DNA from: Lingula anatina
Taxonomy: Eukaryota; Animalia; Brachiopoda
Reading direction: 5' to 3'
Length of the DNA stretch: 64,000 nt
NCBI GenBank assembly: GCA_051362555.1
Contig: CM120641.1
Span: forward strand, 33,486,401-33,550,400
Numbering within the stretch: the first letter of the stretch is position 1; each line of letters starts with the position of its first letter. Below, in pieces: positions 28,712 through 42,812 of the stretch. The notes beneath the pieces are model-generated. The model had not been told where the DNA came from. It was given only the letters and a program-made list of their open reading frames with translations, and did not search any database. The translations under genes were made by a program, and so were the position numbers.

Positions 28712-29018
28712 GTTGTCTATGATATTAAACAGTTACTGGCAAATAGCTCTGCTGTGTATATGCTAAAAAGGCAGCTGTATAAGTGTAACTTAGTCATTGA
28801 ACTCCGTAGTCTCAGGATGTTTCTGCAGCTCAGAGTGTGCCAAATCATGCTACGACTTCGATGCATGAAGGAGAACCTACAACATAATGAAGAGGGATAT
28901 TTAATCAAAGTTCATTATCAACACAGCATGGTTTACATTATTGTTACTTTTAGTTTATAAATTATAAAAGCAAAGGGTATTTGCTGACAAAGTCAACAGC
29001 TGGTTTGTGCTACACTGG

Positions 29019-29192
29019 CTGGGGTAGCGCTAGCAATTTTTTTTCGCTTAGCCAAATCACCACATTTTTGTCAATTTGTTACCAAAATGGTTCTAATTTG
29101 GCTAAAACATGTCAAATCAAGCCCTTTTTCTTTAGCCAATTTAAGTCAGTTTTAGCATTTGGCTAAATTGGCGAGTGTTAGCCCTACCCCAG
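29019..29192. mobile_element. MITE family B, copy 1, with 5-bp TSD ACTGG
   Basis: TIRs CTGGGGTAGCGCTA...TAGCCCTACCCCAG, flanked by ACTGG on both sides. A reverse-oriented homologue lies at 53399..53570. Confidence 0.85.
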
Positions 29193-30983
29193 ACTGGTAA
29201 CATCTCATCTACGGTATTATATTTTCAAAGTCATAGTATGGACAACTGAGTTATTAATAATTAGTTTTCTAGACATTATCAACAAAAACACCATCACCAT
29301 AAAAAAATGAAACTTTGTTGTTGAATCCCATATAGTGCAAGCTATATGCTACCCCTAATACGTGGCACAATATTATCAAGTAGCCTGTTTTTTGTGGAGA
29401 CAGAATCCAATCCAATCCTGATTGGCATTTTGCTTATATATGGCTGCAGGATAGTGATATGGCTTTATTTTGGCCATATCTCCCTACAAAGCTCACAATT
29501 GAAACATTCCTCAAAAGTAACTTGTCCAGATGCTATCCTTTGCCAAGTGACTCAAGAGTGTCTGATAATCTGAAACCCATTGACTTGTGACTCCTGAGAC
29601 TTTGTCTTGCTAAATTTTAATTCACTCTTAAAATGGTTACTAGTTTCCTAGCTAATACACGTAGTTCTAAACTCACACAAACCCTGACTGAGAGTGACAG
29701 AGACCAAAAGAAAAGACTTGGGAGACTTCTAAGATCACTTTGGCAACACTTGGCTACCCAGGCCTATTCCCTGTAACCTTTGGTGAGACTAGGCCCAAAC
29801 CCCTTCTCTTATAAGCAATCGGAAGGCCCATGTAAACAGAGTTTTAGCAATCACCAACAGGTGGGAGGGTTAGGGGGGCTTGCTTTGGTATATTGTTAAC
29901 TTGTGAAAAGCAGTCTGAACCCAGCTGTGCTGTTCTTCTATTATCATAATTAATTAGAAAACGCAGTTACTGGTATCAATATTAAGCTGTATACTTGAAT
30001 AAATAATGCAAATGCAAATACTCAATATATATGTATATGCCTACGTATTTACAGCACCTGTATTTAACAGTACAACGCAAGGTGACTGTCACATTGGCAT
30101 CTATATTAGTAAAACAGCTTGTTGTTGAGATTTCATCCAACTGTACTAAAAAAATACAATCATTCTTCACAATGAGACACTATTTAAACCCACTGCCCTG
30201 AATGCTAAAGAGAAACAAACAATACCATTGCTTTCTGTGTGTATGCCATGTGACTCGAATATGGAAGTAAGGCTAAAATGACATGAGTAAAGTACATTTT
30301 CATGGTTAAGCACTGATGTGAATGTCGTGAAAATGGATATACATTGCATACACACAAATAAGAATACTATATGTGCTCTTACTCATACCATAATATAATT
30401 GCCAGGGAGAAAGGGCAAAAAGGTGGCCATTTACCGTGATAACTGCAATCAATGGATGCAATTATTGAAATATCAAGATGATTAACAGACCATTAAATTG
30501 AAGTATTTTCCATTTACTTTTCAAAATCAGTGGTGTTTCCAGAGGAATAAAGCCACAGCTCTCCATATAATACAAAGGTGCACCAAATATTCAATACAGG
30601 TGAGCTTGAGTAGCCTTTTTATAAGTCTCTGTCTTCAAATTAGTCACATTGTTACAGCCAATTACCAACTATTTCATCATATCAAAGATAAATAAAAATT
30701 CAGATATAGAATTGAATTTATTTAACCAAGAAAGTAAAGATCTACCTGGTTTTGACTAATCCCTGTGATAATATTATACAATATCGAAATTAATGATTGC
30801 CAGTTAATTTTTGTACTAAATCAGTATGTGGGTCTATATTTATTGCATATTTTCTCTAAATAAAAAGGTGCAAAAATAGCTAATCAAGACCCACAGACTG
30901 TTAACAAGAACAATTTACCATTTCTCCAACTGAAAGCCAATGCTCTCAGGCATAATTACAATTCTCACATTATCTGACACAAA

Positions 30984-31240
30984 GGCTTCATTCACATGCA
31001 ATGTCTATTTTCTAAATTCTATTTTCTATTTTCGGTATATCTTATGATCACGGTCTGTGCCCTGAATATCCCGCGGCGTAATTACTGGCAGCGCGAGCCA
31101 GTTACTATAAGTTACTATAAGTAACTGGCTCGTGCTGCCAGTAATTACGCGGCGGGATATTCAGGGCACAGACCGTGATCATAAGATAGCGCGAATAGAA
31201 AATAGAATTTAGAAAATAGACATTGCATGTGAACGAAGCC
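30984..31240. mobile_element. 257-bp foldback (near-perfect palindromic) MITE-like element, putative 3-bp TSD AAA
   Basis: Arms of about 120 bp (ggcttcattcacatgcaatgtctattttctaaattct... / ...agaatttagaaaatagacattgcatgtgaacgaagcc) around a short central spacer. AAA flanks both ends. Confidence 0.85.
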
Positions 31241-32332
31241 AAAGTGTGGCATTTTAGGGTGGGGGGGCATTGTCCTAGAAATCTCTTTAACATACAATCT
31301 AGCTATCATTCTTGTATTAAAACTAGTGCTCATTCACATCACATGACTTATCCTTTCTTTTATAGCATAGCAAAATAAGCAAGTAATTAATTAAATAAAT
31401 ATATAAATAAAAAGATATCTAAAAAGTCTCTGCAATAACCTCATGATAGCCTGCATCTATTCACAGTGGCAAACTGAAACCAAGTATCTGAGGAGAGTTT
31501 TTTTATTACTGGAAATAGTTTAGGCAAGTATTTCTCTCTCTCAGGTACCTCAGTCTAAAGTCTAGAGTTTCCGAAAAGAAGATATAACATCATCAGTCAT
31601 AAAAGAATCTTGTAATAGATTAAAAAAACTTTTTTTTTATGTAAAATATGACTGGATGACTAGTCATGTCTATCACAGTATTATGATCAGTGTTCTCATC
31701 TTTCAGGAAGTGACATAATTCGATGACAGCTTGAAAGATGAAGTATTGACTCAGAAGCAATTTTCATATGGTTTAAGCCCTTGCTTAAAATATTTCACTT
31801 ACCCAGTTACAGAATTTCACTTACCCAGGTATCAAGATGCATAAAATGGACTATTCATGGCTTCTTTCTCTCACTCAATGGGTTTTAAACCGATTATAAT
31901 ACCCTAATATAATGATATACATATTCATCTATACTTGCACATGCTGTCTGACATTGTTGTTTGAGTTAAAACTGTGTATACAGCTGAGCTCACAAGGATC
32001 AAGCTTGCACATTAATAATCAGAAAGTACTATGAATCATCTGTAAATGCCATTCAAAGTGGGATGTAAGCAATTGCAGCATTGTCTGCATATATATATTG
32101 TTTTCCAAATGCCCTTAAAACTTATTTGTAAACTGACAATGAAATATCAATAATTTAAAAAAAAACAACAACAAATAATAATTATCATGTGATAAATCTA
32201 TCCCATGAATGTGGCATGTCAACTTGCTTCAACACTCTCCATGCTCTCTATAGATGCACTTTGATTTGGACTATTCCGTTACTGATTATTTCATTTAAGT
32301 TTAGTGTTTTCCAGTACATTTTCACCGTATAT

Positions 32333-32374
32333 TAAAAAAAAAAAAAAAAAAAAACAAAAAAAAAAAAAAAAAAA
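32333..32374. repeat. Poly-A tract (~40 nt, one C interruption)
   Basis: Directly visible. Confidence 0.8.
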
Positions 32375-35269
32375 CAGTAAATGAAACAAATTGTGAACAG
32401 CTGATAAATAACCAATCAATATTCTTTCATGCATTGTGCATTGTTTGAGAGAGTACTAGTAGGCAAGCCAAATTGTGTACCTCAGCAGGCCATTTGTCAA
32501 TTATATTACAACATAACAATTTGCAGGAAAAAAAATGAGTTTACTCATTCAATTGGGTGACAAAATCCCATCTGTGTAAGATATATTTAATGACATGAAG
32601 ACCTTTATTTTGCGTACTTCATCAGAGAATCCCTAAAAGAGGTTCACGATATTTATGGTAACATAGTTGAATTCTTTCTACATATCAAGCAAAAATGTTG
32701 AATATGCTGACATGCAATAATATTTCTAATAAATTCTACATATATTGATTGCATACAAACTCATTTGGAAAGAGGACTGGACAGAAACAAAATTCTCCTC
32801 AAGTGACGAGATCTGGTTATCAGCAGATTTTTTATGAATGAATACATACATTTCAATAATTATCTGTGACAGGTTTTACAGCATCCTTTTATTTGTGCAC
32901 CTTGACATATGTTAATATGCTCCTAACTTATACCATGACCTAACCTAAATGTGTAAACATTTCACAAGGGGTGCACAGAAGACTTCAAAAGATAAGAGCC
33001 ACTTGAACTGTGTGCAACTTGCATGTGAACTGTACAAGTAAACGATCAAATACAAACAATAAAAAAATGTACAGATAAAGTCTCAAAACTTGTTTTGGCA
33101 TTCATTTGACAGAAAAGCAAAGTAGAAACTGTCCTTTGATCTTTCTTAATCTGACTGCAGTATAAAACTGTGCATACTCCATAACTACTAGTAGTTTAGT
33201 TGAAGATACTTTTTTTTCCTCCAGTGCTGATACATTGGTTCATGTGATCCATAATAACCTCTCTACACAAAACATAATAAGCTTATTTAGATAAAAAACA
33301 CTTTTTTCACAGTGACTACTGTTCTTGTCCTACCCTTACAAGTAGCTTTCTATTTGATGCCATGTAAGCAGACAGGTCACCAGCAACAGGCCATTTCCAT
33401 ACTGATATACAGAGCCATCAATTTTTCCTCCTCCTAACTATGTTGCCTTTATGCTCTGCATCTCATATCAATCTGCTTGTACACAATTACTGATTCTGAT
33501 CAGAAAATCTGTACTGCCTGATGAACCTCAATATAAATTTTTATGGCACAGCGATTTATTCAGGGAGCAGACTTTGTGTGGGAAGAGTCATCTAAAACAA
33601 AGTGCAGATTGAGGTGTGAAAGACAAAAGAAAAGTATTCTGTTTTAATTTCACTATTGGGCAAGCTTTATTGAAGTCTTTCACTCCATTGTATTTTACCA
33701 CAGCAGGATTAGGATCAAAAATAAAGGCAGACTAGTAAACATGGTGCATTAACACATAAAAGCTGACAGAATTTATCCACAGATATTTTTTTCTCGCTGT
33801 TTTCTCTCCAATTTTAATTTACTGTACAGCAAAACAATTTCACCCTACTTTGTCATTTTTTATTTTCTTTCTAATAACAGCATTCCTCATGCATAGTTTC
33901 ACCCTGCAAAAATTTTTATTCCAGTATCACATCACACAGTGTAGAAATCATCTCAGATGTTGCTCACTATATATCTTTGAGGCTTGACTTTTCAATAATG
34001 AAGAATACACCAAAAGTATTGAAACAATTTAAAGTTTTGTATAATCTGTATTTATAATTAAATTAATCAACTAATTAATTTATTTCATTTTATTTCATTT
34101 TATTTTTCTAATTATTTTTTTATATATACAGCTCATAATAGATATTTAATGTGCCATACCATGGTTATACATTTTTGGGTTCAGGTATAGGGACATCCCT
34201 GCAATATTGTGGTTATATGTTTGCAGATCTGAAAAGCATCAAGATATATGAAAATTGAAAAGGAATAGCAATTTAATCAGATGGTTCCTAGTATGAAATG
34301 TAGATGCCAAGCAATGCAAAGAAAAAAGCTAACTGAATAATAAATAACGGTCAAAATACAATATAGGGGTAACGATTTAAAAATAAGTTTTTTTTTTTAG
34401 GTTGGTTTGTGTCCTTCCATAAGCTTAGGGTACTGTACCCCTAGCACACAAAATGACAAATGCAAAAACACGTTTGCACATGACAAAAAGACAATGACAA
34501 CTTGCTGATTTGTAAGCTAATGGTGTACCTCTAATTCATAACCACAATTCATTATACAGATACTAGTTCCACTTAAGTCAGACCTATACCATAATAATCC
34601 AGAACTGATGATGCTCAATTAAATAAATATGTGGTATCAGTGGTTGTTAACATTCTACAAGCTGGATGAAAAAACAGGAACTTCCAGGGTCGACCCATTA
34701 GCCGGGGTTGTCCCATAATGGGGGCGGGTCTAATGGCATAAATACCAATAATATCAATTAAGGGATTGACACTTGAATATATATGCACACTGTGAGTCTA
34801 CTTTTATCATGCCACATGCAAGTACACTATTGCTGCTGTCAAAATTGCCACAAATTTATATTTCACTAAAACATAATTTCTGTCAATCCAGAGCCATAAT
34901 TTTACGGTGACAGCTGTGAAGTCATGCAGTCGTAGGAATTAAGACTACCTGACGTGTTCCATATACTCAGCTCTAGCACTAGCAGCACCTTCCAAAACTA
35001 CATGCTTTATTCGCCATTGATAAATCTGAATAGGTCTTACTTTGTATCTGTATTCATCAAGTCACATAAGAATGATACGTCAACAGTGGCAGTGGGTGCC
35101 AAAGAAAATCAAAGAAGAGATGCGGGCTTCATCACGAAATCATGTAATTTGCGAGTCGTTTGTTTTGTTAGTCGGGCAATGCAAAATTGTCAAAAATAGT
35201 CATTAATTTGTATTTTTTAAATAAACTTCTCTATGAATGTCTTAAAGGTAGGACAATCTCCCTTTAAAC

Positions 35270-35424
35270 TTACCACATAATTTCACCTTAGAAGCGCAAT
35301 ATTCAGAGATCAATGCATCTTCTGCTTCTGTGCTTCCTGCTGCAGGTACAGCTGCAATAAAAAAGGTGCCTCGTTTTGAAATTAGGTTAGCTTTATGACG
35401 TAGCAGGAAGGGATTTCCTCAAAC
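35270..35424. promoter_or_regulatory. Probable short bidirectional promoter region between the MCT 5' UTR exon (-) and ENDOV (+)
   Basis: A minus-strand donor-like site (cttac near 35269) lies ~150 bp upstream of the ENDOV ATG. The region is locally richer in CpG and has a CRE-like TGACGTA near 35396. Inference only. Confidence 0.35.
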
Positions 35425-35785
35425 ATGGAAACGGCGCCGGCAGAACCGACAGATATTTCAGAAGAATTAAGAAGTGAATGGGAGGGGTAAGAATTACACC
35501 GGGAATTTGGGATTGTACCATATACAATATAAGAACTTTATGGAATCATTGGGCAGTATAAATAGATTCATTTTAAAAGAATACATTAAAATCTTTAAAG
35601 AAAAAAAACCCTGATACATGTAGTCTTTTACAGGATTTCACAATTTTGACCACGATTTGCCTCATTTTTTGGCTTACGTGACTTTTGAAATCAACGCTGA
35701 TTTTCTGTTATGCACCTACTCCGATAAAGGATTCTAGTCGCTTTTTCATTTATTCATTTATTATCATTGTTTAATTTAATTAATT

Positions 35786-35828
<43 letters not shown>

Positions 35829-38800
35829 TTTTGTCGATAAAATCTGAATGTGTCCCCTTTTCACAGCTACCAATAATTAAAAATTTATACACTTGATCAA
35901 AAAAGTTTGGAAACATCGTTATTATGAATGATTATAAAATAACCATACAGTAAAATAAAGATCTTTATTTTAGGCAGCATCAGTATCATATTGCTCAGCA
36001 GTGTCACATGTGAAGCCTCCACTGTTTATTGTCAAGACCTGCTCAAACTTTGTCACTCCATTTGCATGATTTGTGAAAATTAAATTTGATCCCACATTCA
36101 TAAAAGTTGCTGTTATTCCCACAGAATTCCTTACCCTGCAAAAATTTCAAAAAGTAACAAATGGTTGGTGCATTATCCATCAATATTTGGTGAAAATATT
36201 TACCTTAGCTCATAAAGGTATTTAGTAAGTGTAGATGCTCTGGTGACTAAGAAAACTACAAAAAGAAAAAAATTATTTCAAAAGTGCTATTTTATTAATT
36301 GATTATTTATGTGGCAAATGTAATTCTAAACCTTATTAATTCTTCGTTTTATACTTATTTTTAGGGAACAAGATAAGCTGAAGACCAAGCTGGTCCTAGA
36401 GAACTGTGAACCATGGCAGAGTAAACTAGAGGAAGGTCTGCAATATGTTGGGGGTGTAGACCTGTCATTTGTGAAAGGAGATGATGTAAATGCATGCTCC
36501 TCTCTTGTGGTGACATCTTATCCAGATTTAAAGGTACGCTTATGTAAAATATCATTAACATACTGACATTCTGGCATGTTGTCTGAAAAATGCCTTTGTC
36601 AAATTTTAGAACAAATTTACATCTTTGTATTTTATCTGTTAGAAAAATGTTATGTACATTTTGGGTAAGGCATTTAAAGTTTTTTATTATCTCTTTATTT
36701 GTAACTGAAATTGTGCTTAGTCTATTAGTTTTATATGCACATTTTGTTGTACTGTAGCTTTGCTTTTTTTTTTTCAAATAAAAACAATTTTGACCTTTAC
36801 TGGTAATATTTGTCCACTATTATTAGGTTGTGTATGAAGATTGTTGTCACATACAGCTGACAGCACCCTACATTCCTGGTTTCCTAGCTTTCCGTGAGGT
36901 GCCTTTCCTAGTGGAAAGCTTTGAGAGACTTAAGAAGAAAAATCCGGAACTTATGCCTCAGGTAAACTTAGATATATTTATCATAAATCAGATTAATTTG
37001 AGGGATCGAACTTTTATCTTGGAGATTTACTAAGTTTGATTTCATATTCCATTTCAGCCAACCTTGACATGTTTTGCTGATAATCTCATCCTTCTTCTCA
37101 TTATAATAAATTTCATCTTTTTATACCTACAAAATTACCTTTAATTGCATATGTTTTACAGTACGAGCCTTGAGGTTTAATTTGGTAAACTTAATTTATA
37201 AAGAGACAGCTAGGAAGAGGCACAATGAAAATTAAAAAATGTTAAGGCAATAAAAGCTTATGTAATATTCTCCTACCAGCCCTGTTTTTAAAACACTGTT
37301 TACCTCCTACATTTTTTATATAAATTATAACATAGTTGGTAACTAGTATACTATTTTTATATACATCATAGATTGTTTGTAAGGTAGATATCTCATAAAG
37401 TTTTTCACAAATTTTGGTGAAATTTCAGGTTAGTCAGTTCATCAAATGGATAAAAATTGATAACAATTTCAAATGAATACGGTCCTATTTATATGTTAAA
37501 AGAATTTAATTTATTTCATTATTATTAGCATTTTGCTTTGCCAGTGGTTTGTACTGTAGGGATGCTCTTTTGCTATATACATGTAAATGTATAACCAGTC
37601 TCTACAAATTGGATTGATTTGTCATAAAGGTTTAAATTTTAGTACAAAGCTATGCTGTAACAGTAGTAAAATTGTGTACACATGTGATTGTGACATCATA
37701 AGCAGAGTAAATTAAACTTTTGTGACATCATAGACAAGTAGTCATGTGATTGTGACATCACAGGTAGATACTCTATAGCATGCATAGTTAAAAAAAAAAA
37801 GAATTACATGTACATGTAGATCTTTTAAAGAGATCTTGAAAAATAATACCTCTGCTGTTTAGATTTAGTTTTTTATTTGATAATAAGAACAATATATAAT
37901 TATATTTATTTCTTAAACAGAAAATACCATTATATTTTAACACATATTACAACACATTTTTAATTAATGGACTTCACAGGTTTATTATATTAAATGTTTG
38001 AAAAATTACAGTACTAAACTGATAAGCACTTTGTTTAAAATTTAAAGACTTTAATCATATAACAATTTAAAAGATGCACTTTCAGAGAGACTTTAAAACT
38101 GTCATTTATTTTTACTTTTAGCTCTAACAGAAAAGTAGATTGGTCAATAATTTTGACATAAATATTGACATTATAATTATAAATTATATCAAAATTGATA
38201 TAAAAAGAGCCTCGGTTTTCCTACACTGTTCAAACAGCTATGTAACTTGGTGTACTTTCTTTAAATCCTTTAAGAACAATACACTTGCAAGGCTTTAATT
38301 AAATTCTTGTTAGATCAGCAGTCAATGTATCTCCTTTAAGACTGGAGTAATATGATCCACTATTTATATTACAGGTTGTTTTAGTTGATGGTAATGGCAT
38401 CCTTCATCCAAAAGGTAAGTTTAATGTCTGCTTATGAGTTGTTTCCTTTTCACTGGCTCACCTGGTAAATACGGTTTTAACTGGCATATAATACTACTCT
38501 TTGCAACCCCACAAATTGAAATGTGTGCACTATTTCTTTGGAAATTTTATTTCAAATGTAGATATTTCAGGCGCACACATTGATGTTAAATGTCATTTGT
38601 CAACACTATTCAGTGTTTATTATTAGTCTGCTTCATTTCTCTTAGTTTTGGGACTTTCAATAAATGCGTCCGTCACCGGCCAAATTTCGAACATCATACT
38701 TGAGTTTGTCACATCACTTTATCAGCATGTTGTTATATTCAAATTAGCTTAGATCAAGGAGACATAACTAATACTATTGTACTAAGCATCACAGATGGGT

Positions 38801-40417
38801 GTGTTACTTGCAATTTTCTTATTTTAATCCATCTGATTTCTTTTAAATTTTTGACCAAATACATGATATAACATTATCATTTTTGCAGATTAATTGAATA
38901 GTTTAAACCACTGACTTTTTCATTAAAAAAGAATTGTAAAGAATACAGGTAAGCTCAAGATCAGCGCTTGAAAAATTGATTTGATATGCATATATGCCAT
39001 AGCTTTTGTATCCAGCCCCATGAAGTGTTTGTTAAGTCCTGTTTTCTATGCCATGTTAGTCATGTCCACTTCAGACAAGATAAAATATGGAAAAATATTT
39101 TGAATTTATTCCATTGTAGAGTTTGGACTTGCCTGTCACCTTGGTATCATATTGGACATACCCACAGTGGGTGTGGCAAAGAAACTCTTTCAGGTGGATG
39201 GCCTGGAAAAGAATGCAGAACATGCTGACAAGGTATAATAATGTCATAGCCATCTCATTAATTAAACAAGCTCCATCCCCTCTGTCACAGTTCTATTTCA
39301 AGTATCAATAAGTTTATTATAAAAAGATGAAAATAACCCTACTATCAAAATCAGACCTCATAAAAATAAGAAGTTTGGTAAGCGCATTAATAAGTTCCTG
39401 TTAAGAAGGAAAATTTTGTAAACACTTTACAAGATCTAGAAATTAGTTATTTGAATATACATTATGCTAACAGACAGTCAATAATAGGCTGCAGCTTTTA
39501 TAACTGATAGTTATGTGCATATTAACTGCATCTTTTTATACACACACACACACACACACACATATATATTCATTACAGCTTTTTTGTTTGTTTGTTTGTT
39601 TGTGGTATTTTTATTTGTTTGTCAAAACATTGCTATAAATCATGTTTTAAGGTGAAGCAACTGGCTAAAGGAGGTGATACATTCCCACTCATTGGTGCTT
39701 CTGGCAGAATTTTAGGAAAGGTACATTTTAGTTGATAATTATTCTCTTTCATTTGTTATAATACACACTTTATATATAATATGATACTACTTAGAAACGA
39801 TGTCACTTAAAATGATAAATTAGTTTATTTATTTATTATATACTGCACTGTCTTCAATGTTGCAGGCTCTTCGAAGTTCTGACAACACAGAAAACCCTGT
39901 ATATGTCTCAATTGGTCACAAAATTTCTCTAGAAACTGCGGTATGTCTTGTTCATCAGTGCTGCAAGTATAGGATACCTGAACCAATAAGACAGGTAAAC
40001 TATTCAAAAGATAATTTTGATTAATTTAATTAATTTTAATAAATTAAAATCCAAAAATACCTACTGTAGATGTGTGCAGTGTTCTGTTGCTCTTCCAGAT
40101 CAGAGTGTGCCTCAGATATTAGTGTTTTGATAAACATTTAGTTCTTAAAGTTACATTTTAAGAGAGTGTTGATTCCCAGTAATGCATATTAACCACTTCT
40201 AGTTTCTTGCATGACTTAAATAAAGTGGACATGCCAAGGGATAACTGAATGAATCACTTTGAACAGCATTGTAAACATTATTATATTATATTATATTATA
40301 TTATATTATATTAATGCAACTTTTTTTTGGTTATTCTGCTATTAGGCAGACATCAAATCTAGAGAATACTTGCGTCAGCTGTTTCCAGAACAAAATAGCC
40401 AAGCTGAAAAGACATAA
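35425..40417 (+). CDS. ENDOV: Endonuclease V (inosine-specific nuclease), 8 exons, ~262 aa
   Basis: Exons: 35425-35486, 36365-36533, 36827-36961, 38375-38414, 39120-39232, 39652-39720, 39866-39994, 40346-40417; total 789 nt. Motifs [50 protein letters not shown] and [10 protein letters not shown] are all present. Confidence 0.96.
35785..35831. repeat. (TTTA)n microsatellite
   Basis: Directly visible in ENDOV intron 1. Confidence 0.85.
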
Positions 40418-42384
40418 GAGATAAGTCTCTAAATTAAAGCAGGCAAGAGATACAGCCGGAGATATGAGGTGGAGACAGGAACGATCGTTCACTGTTCGCA
40501 TAATTTTTGCAAGTATTTTGGACAGTAACCAGTTACATCGTGAAAGCCAGTAGGCGACCGATGAATGGTGGTGGAGACCTAGAGCAACGGCTTGGCAGAC
40601 CATCGAGTTCCGTTGGAAAACACCTTGCATCCCCAGGGCCGTCAGGACGATATCCTGTGATCTGTTGTGCAGCTGGGCCTAAATTTGTTCTCCAAACGAT
40701 TGCAAGCCCGGCGTTAATGCTGTAAATGGGGTCCTGACCGAGAAGTGCTACATTAATTTACCGAATTAGTGTAGAAAGACACAGCTACAAAAAATCATTA
40801 CTGACACCTGTGGACTGATATCGCCTGGGAGTTACTCAAAGTGTTATCAGTAAAGAAAAAAGAAGGCAAAGCAACTCGCTGGTTTATCAGAAAGATCATT
40901 AAGCTAGCAAATTACTTACGACAAAGTCCGTTACGATATGTATAACGGTAGATACGAAATTAAATGATGCTATTATTCCTAGATGATGTTGCAACAAAGC
41001 AAAGTCAGACTGAACTTTTAACGTATATGTAAGTTTACTACGGTATGAAAAAGAGATAAATACTCTGTTGTGTAATCATTTCAAATATATGTATGTGTAA
41101 AAAGTTTTGTCTACATAACGGACAACTAAGAAGGAATGCACGGAACATACATGTATATATATATACCGCATAGCACAACACCAATGGCCAAACTTCGGGA
41201 AAGTCGGGATACAGACGTTGGGAGGAATTTGGTAGAATGGAGGCGTTTGCCAGTGGTCCAACATGGGGGCGACCTCGACCGTGCCGACAATATTGCCATA
41301 CTGAGTGAAACAACGGTGCGGTCACTGACTGGTCGACTGATTGCTATGTCTGGGGAGGATCGAGCTTGCATGACCACACCGCCACTGGCAAATTGTAACT
41401 TTCGCATTATATTAAAGACGTGCTTGTTTCATTTAAACTACGTCATTTCTATTGATGAGATTTTGAAAAGATCTTAGTAGGATTTCTAGGAAAGAGAAGC
41501 TGTTGTTCATCACGTTCGCCAGGTGCAATAACATGTACTTGAAAATAACAGACAGAAGACAATTTTTAAAAAGTTTCATAGCCTGGTTTGACTGATTTTA
41601 AACTTTACCTTGTTCTATATATTTATTGTCTAATATGTTATCTGTTTCTTTATTTTTTTTTCTTTTGTTCTAATTTTTTAAAAATTTATAAAACATCTTT
41701 ACGTCATATATATAACCATGACTGAATTATTACAAAATATATCGGCAAGCGATATAAAAATTAAAATTATATGGCACGGAATGTACGTTACCGGAACATA
41801 CGTTACAATTTAGGCTCCTTACATAATGTATAGGTAAAAAATTAATGTAGATGTAAAATCGAGACAACCTGTGCAGGCTGCCTGTAGCTGGTAGAGGCGG
41901 TCAACCCGGTCTATACACGTGTATGTTCTAAAAAATTAAATATAACTTCGAATTCATTCAATTGTATTTTTGATACTTCGAGCATGTGAAGTGCACTTCT
42001 ATATTTGTATAGGTGTAGATTAGAGGATTAGAGAACTTTTGGACTGTCAGCACGTACCCGAGATAACCGACATGAATCAACCACCATTTTCTAGTGTTCA
42101 TTATTTCTGAGAAGGATTAAATCGACATCAACACTGCAATGTAACGAACTTTATGAAAATGGTGAAAAGTAGTTTAAAGTAAGCTTTTGAACTATTGAAT
42201 TGATTTAACTTCATTTCAAGCAAAACTCCGATAAATTTGCTCGCAAGGTGAGCTAACACAAGTGTAGATAAGTCCAGTAACGAGTAGAATGAGGTGAGTG
42301 ACGTGAGTTACATTGAATGGGCTTGGTCACGGTCACAGTCACACAACTAGTCGAGATATGAGGACCGTAAATGTGTCGAAATAG

Positions 42385-42812
42385 TCAAGTGAGGCAAGTC
42401 CATTCAACTGGAGGCTTTTCAGGTGGGGCGAGGTCATTCCATTGGATGGGTGTCTGGTGGGGCAAGCCCATTCAATTAGAGAGGTGTCAGATGGGGTGAG
42501 TCCATTCCATCTGAGGGGTGTCAGGTGGGATGGGTCCATTCCATTAGAGGGGAGTCAGGTGGGGCGAGTCCACTCCAACTGAGGGGTGTTGGGTGGGGCG
42601 AATTCATTCCATCAGAGGGGAGTCAGGTAGGGCGAGTCCACTTCATCAGAGGGGTGCCAGGTGGGGCAAGTCCATTCGATCAGAGGGGAGTCAGGTGGGG
42701 CGAGTCCATTCCATCAGAGGGGTGTCAGGTGGGACGAGTACATTGCATCTTAGGGGTGTCAGGTAGGACAAGTTCATTCCATTGGAGAGGTGTCAGGTGG
42801 GGCAAGTCCATT
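42385..42812. repeat. G-rich minisatellite, 34-bp unit (gtcaggtggggcgagtccattccatcagaggggt), ~12 diverged copies
   Basis: The period of 34 was measured between gtcagg at 42690 and 42724. This repeat explains the spurious ORFs 42339..42539 and 42525..42989. Confidence 0.9.
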
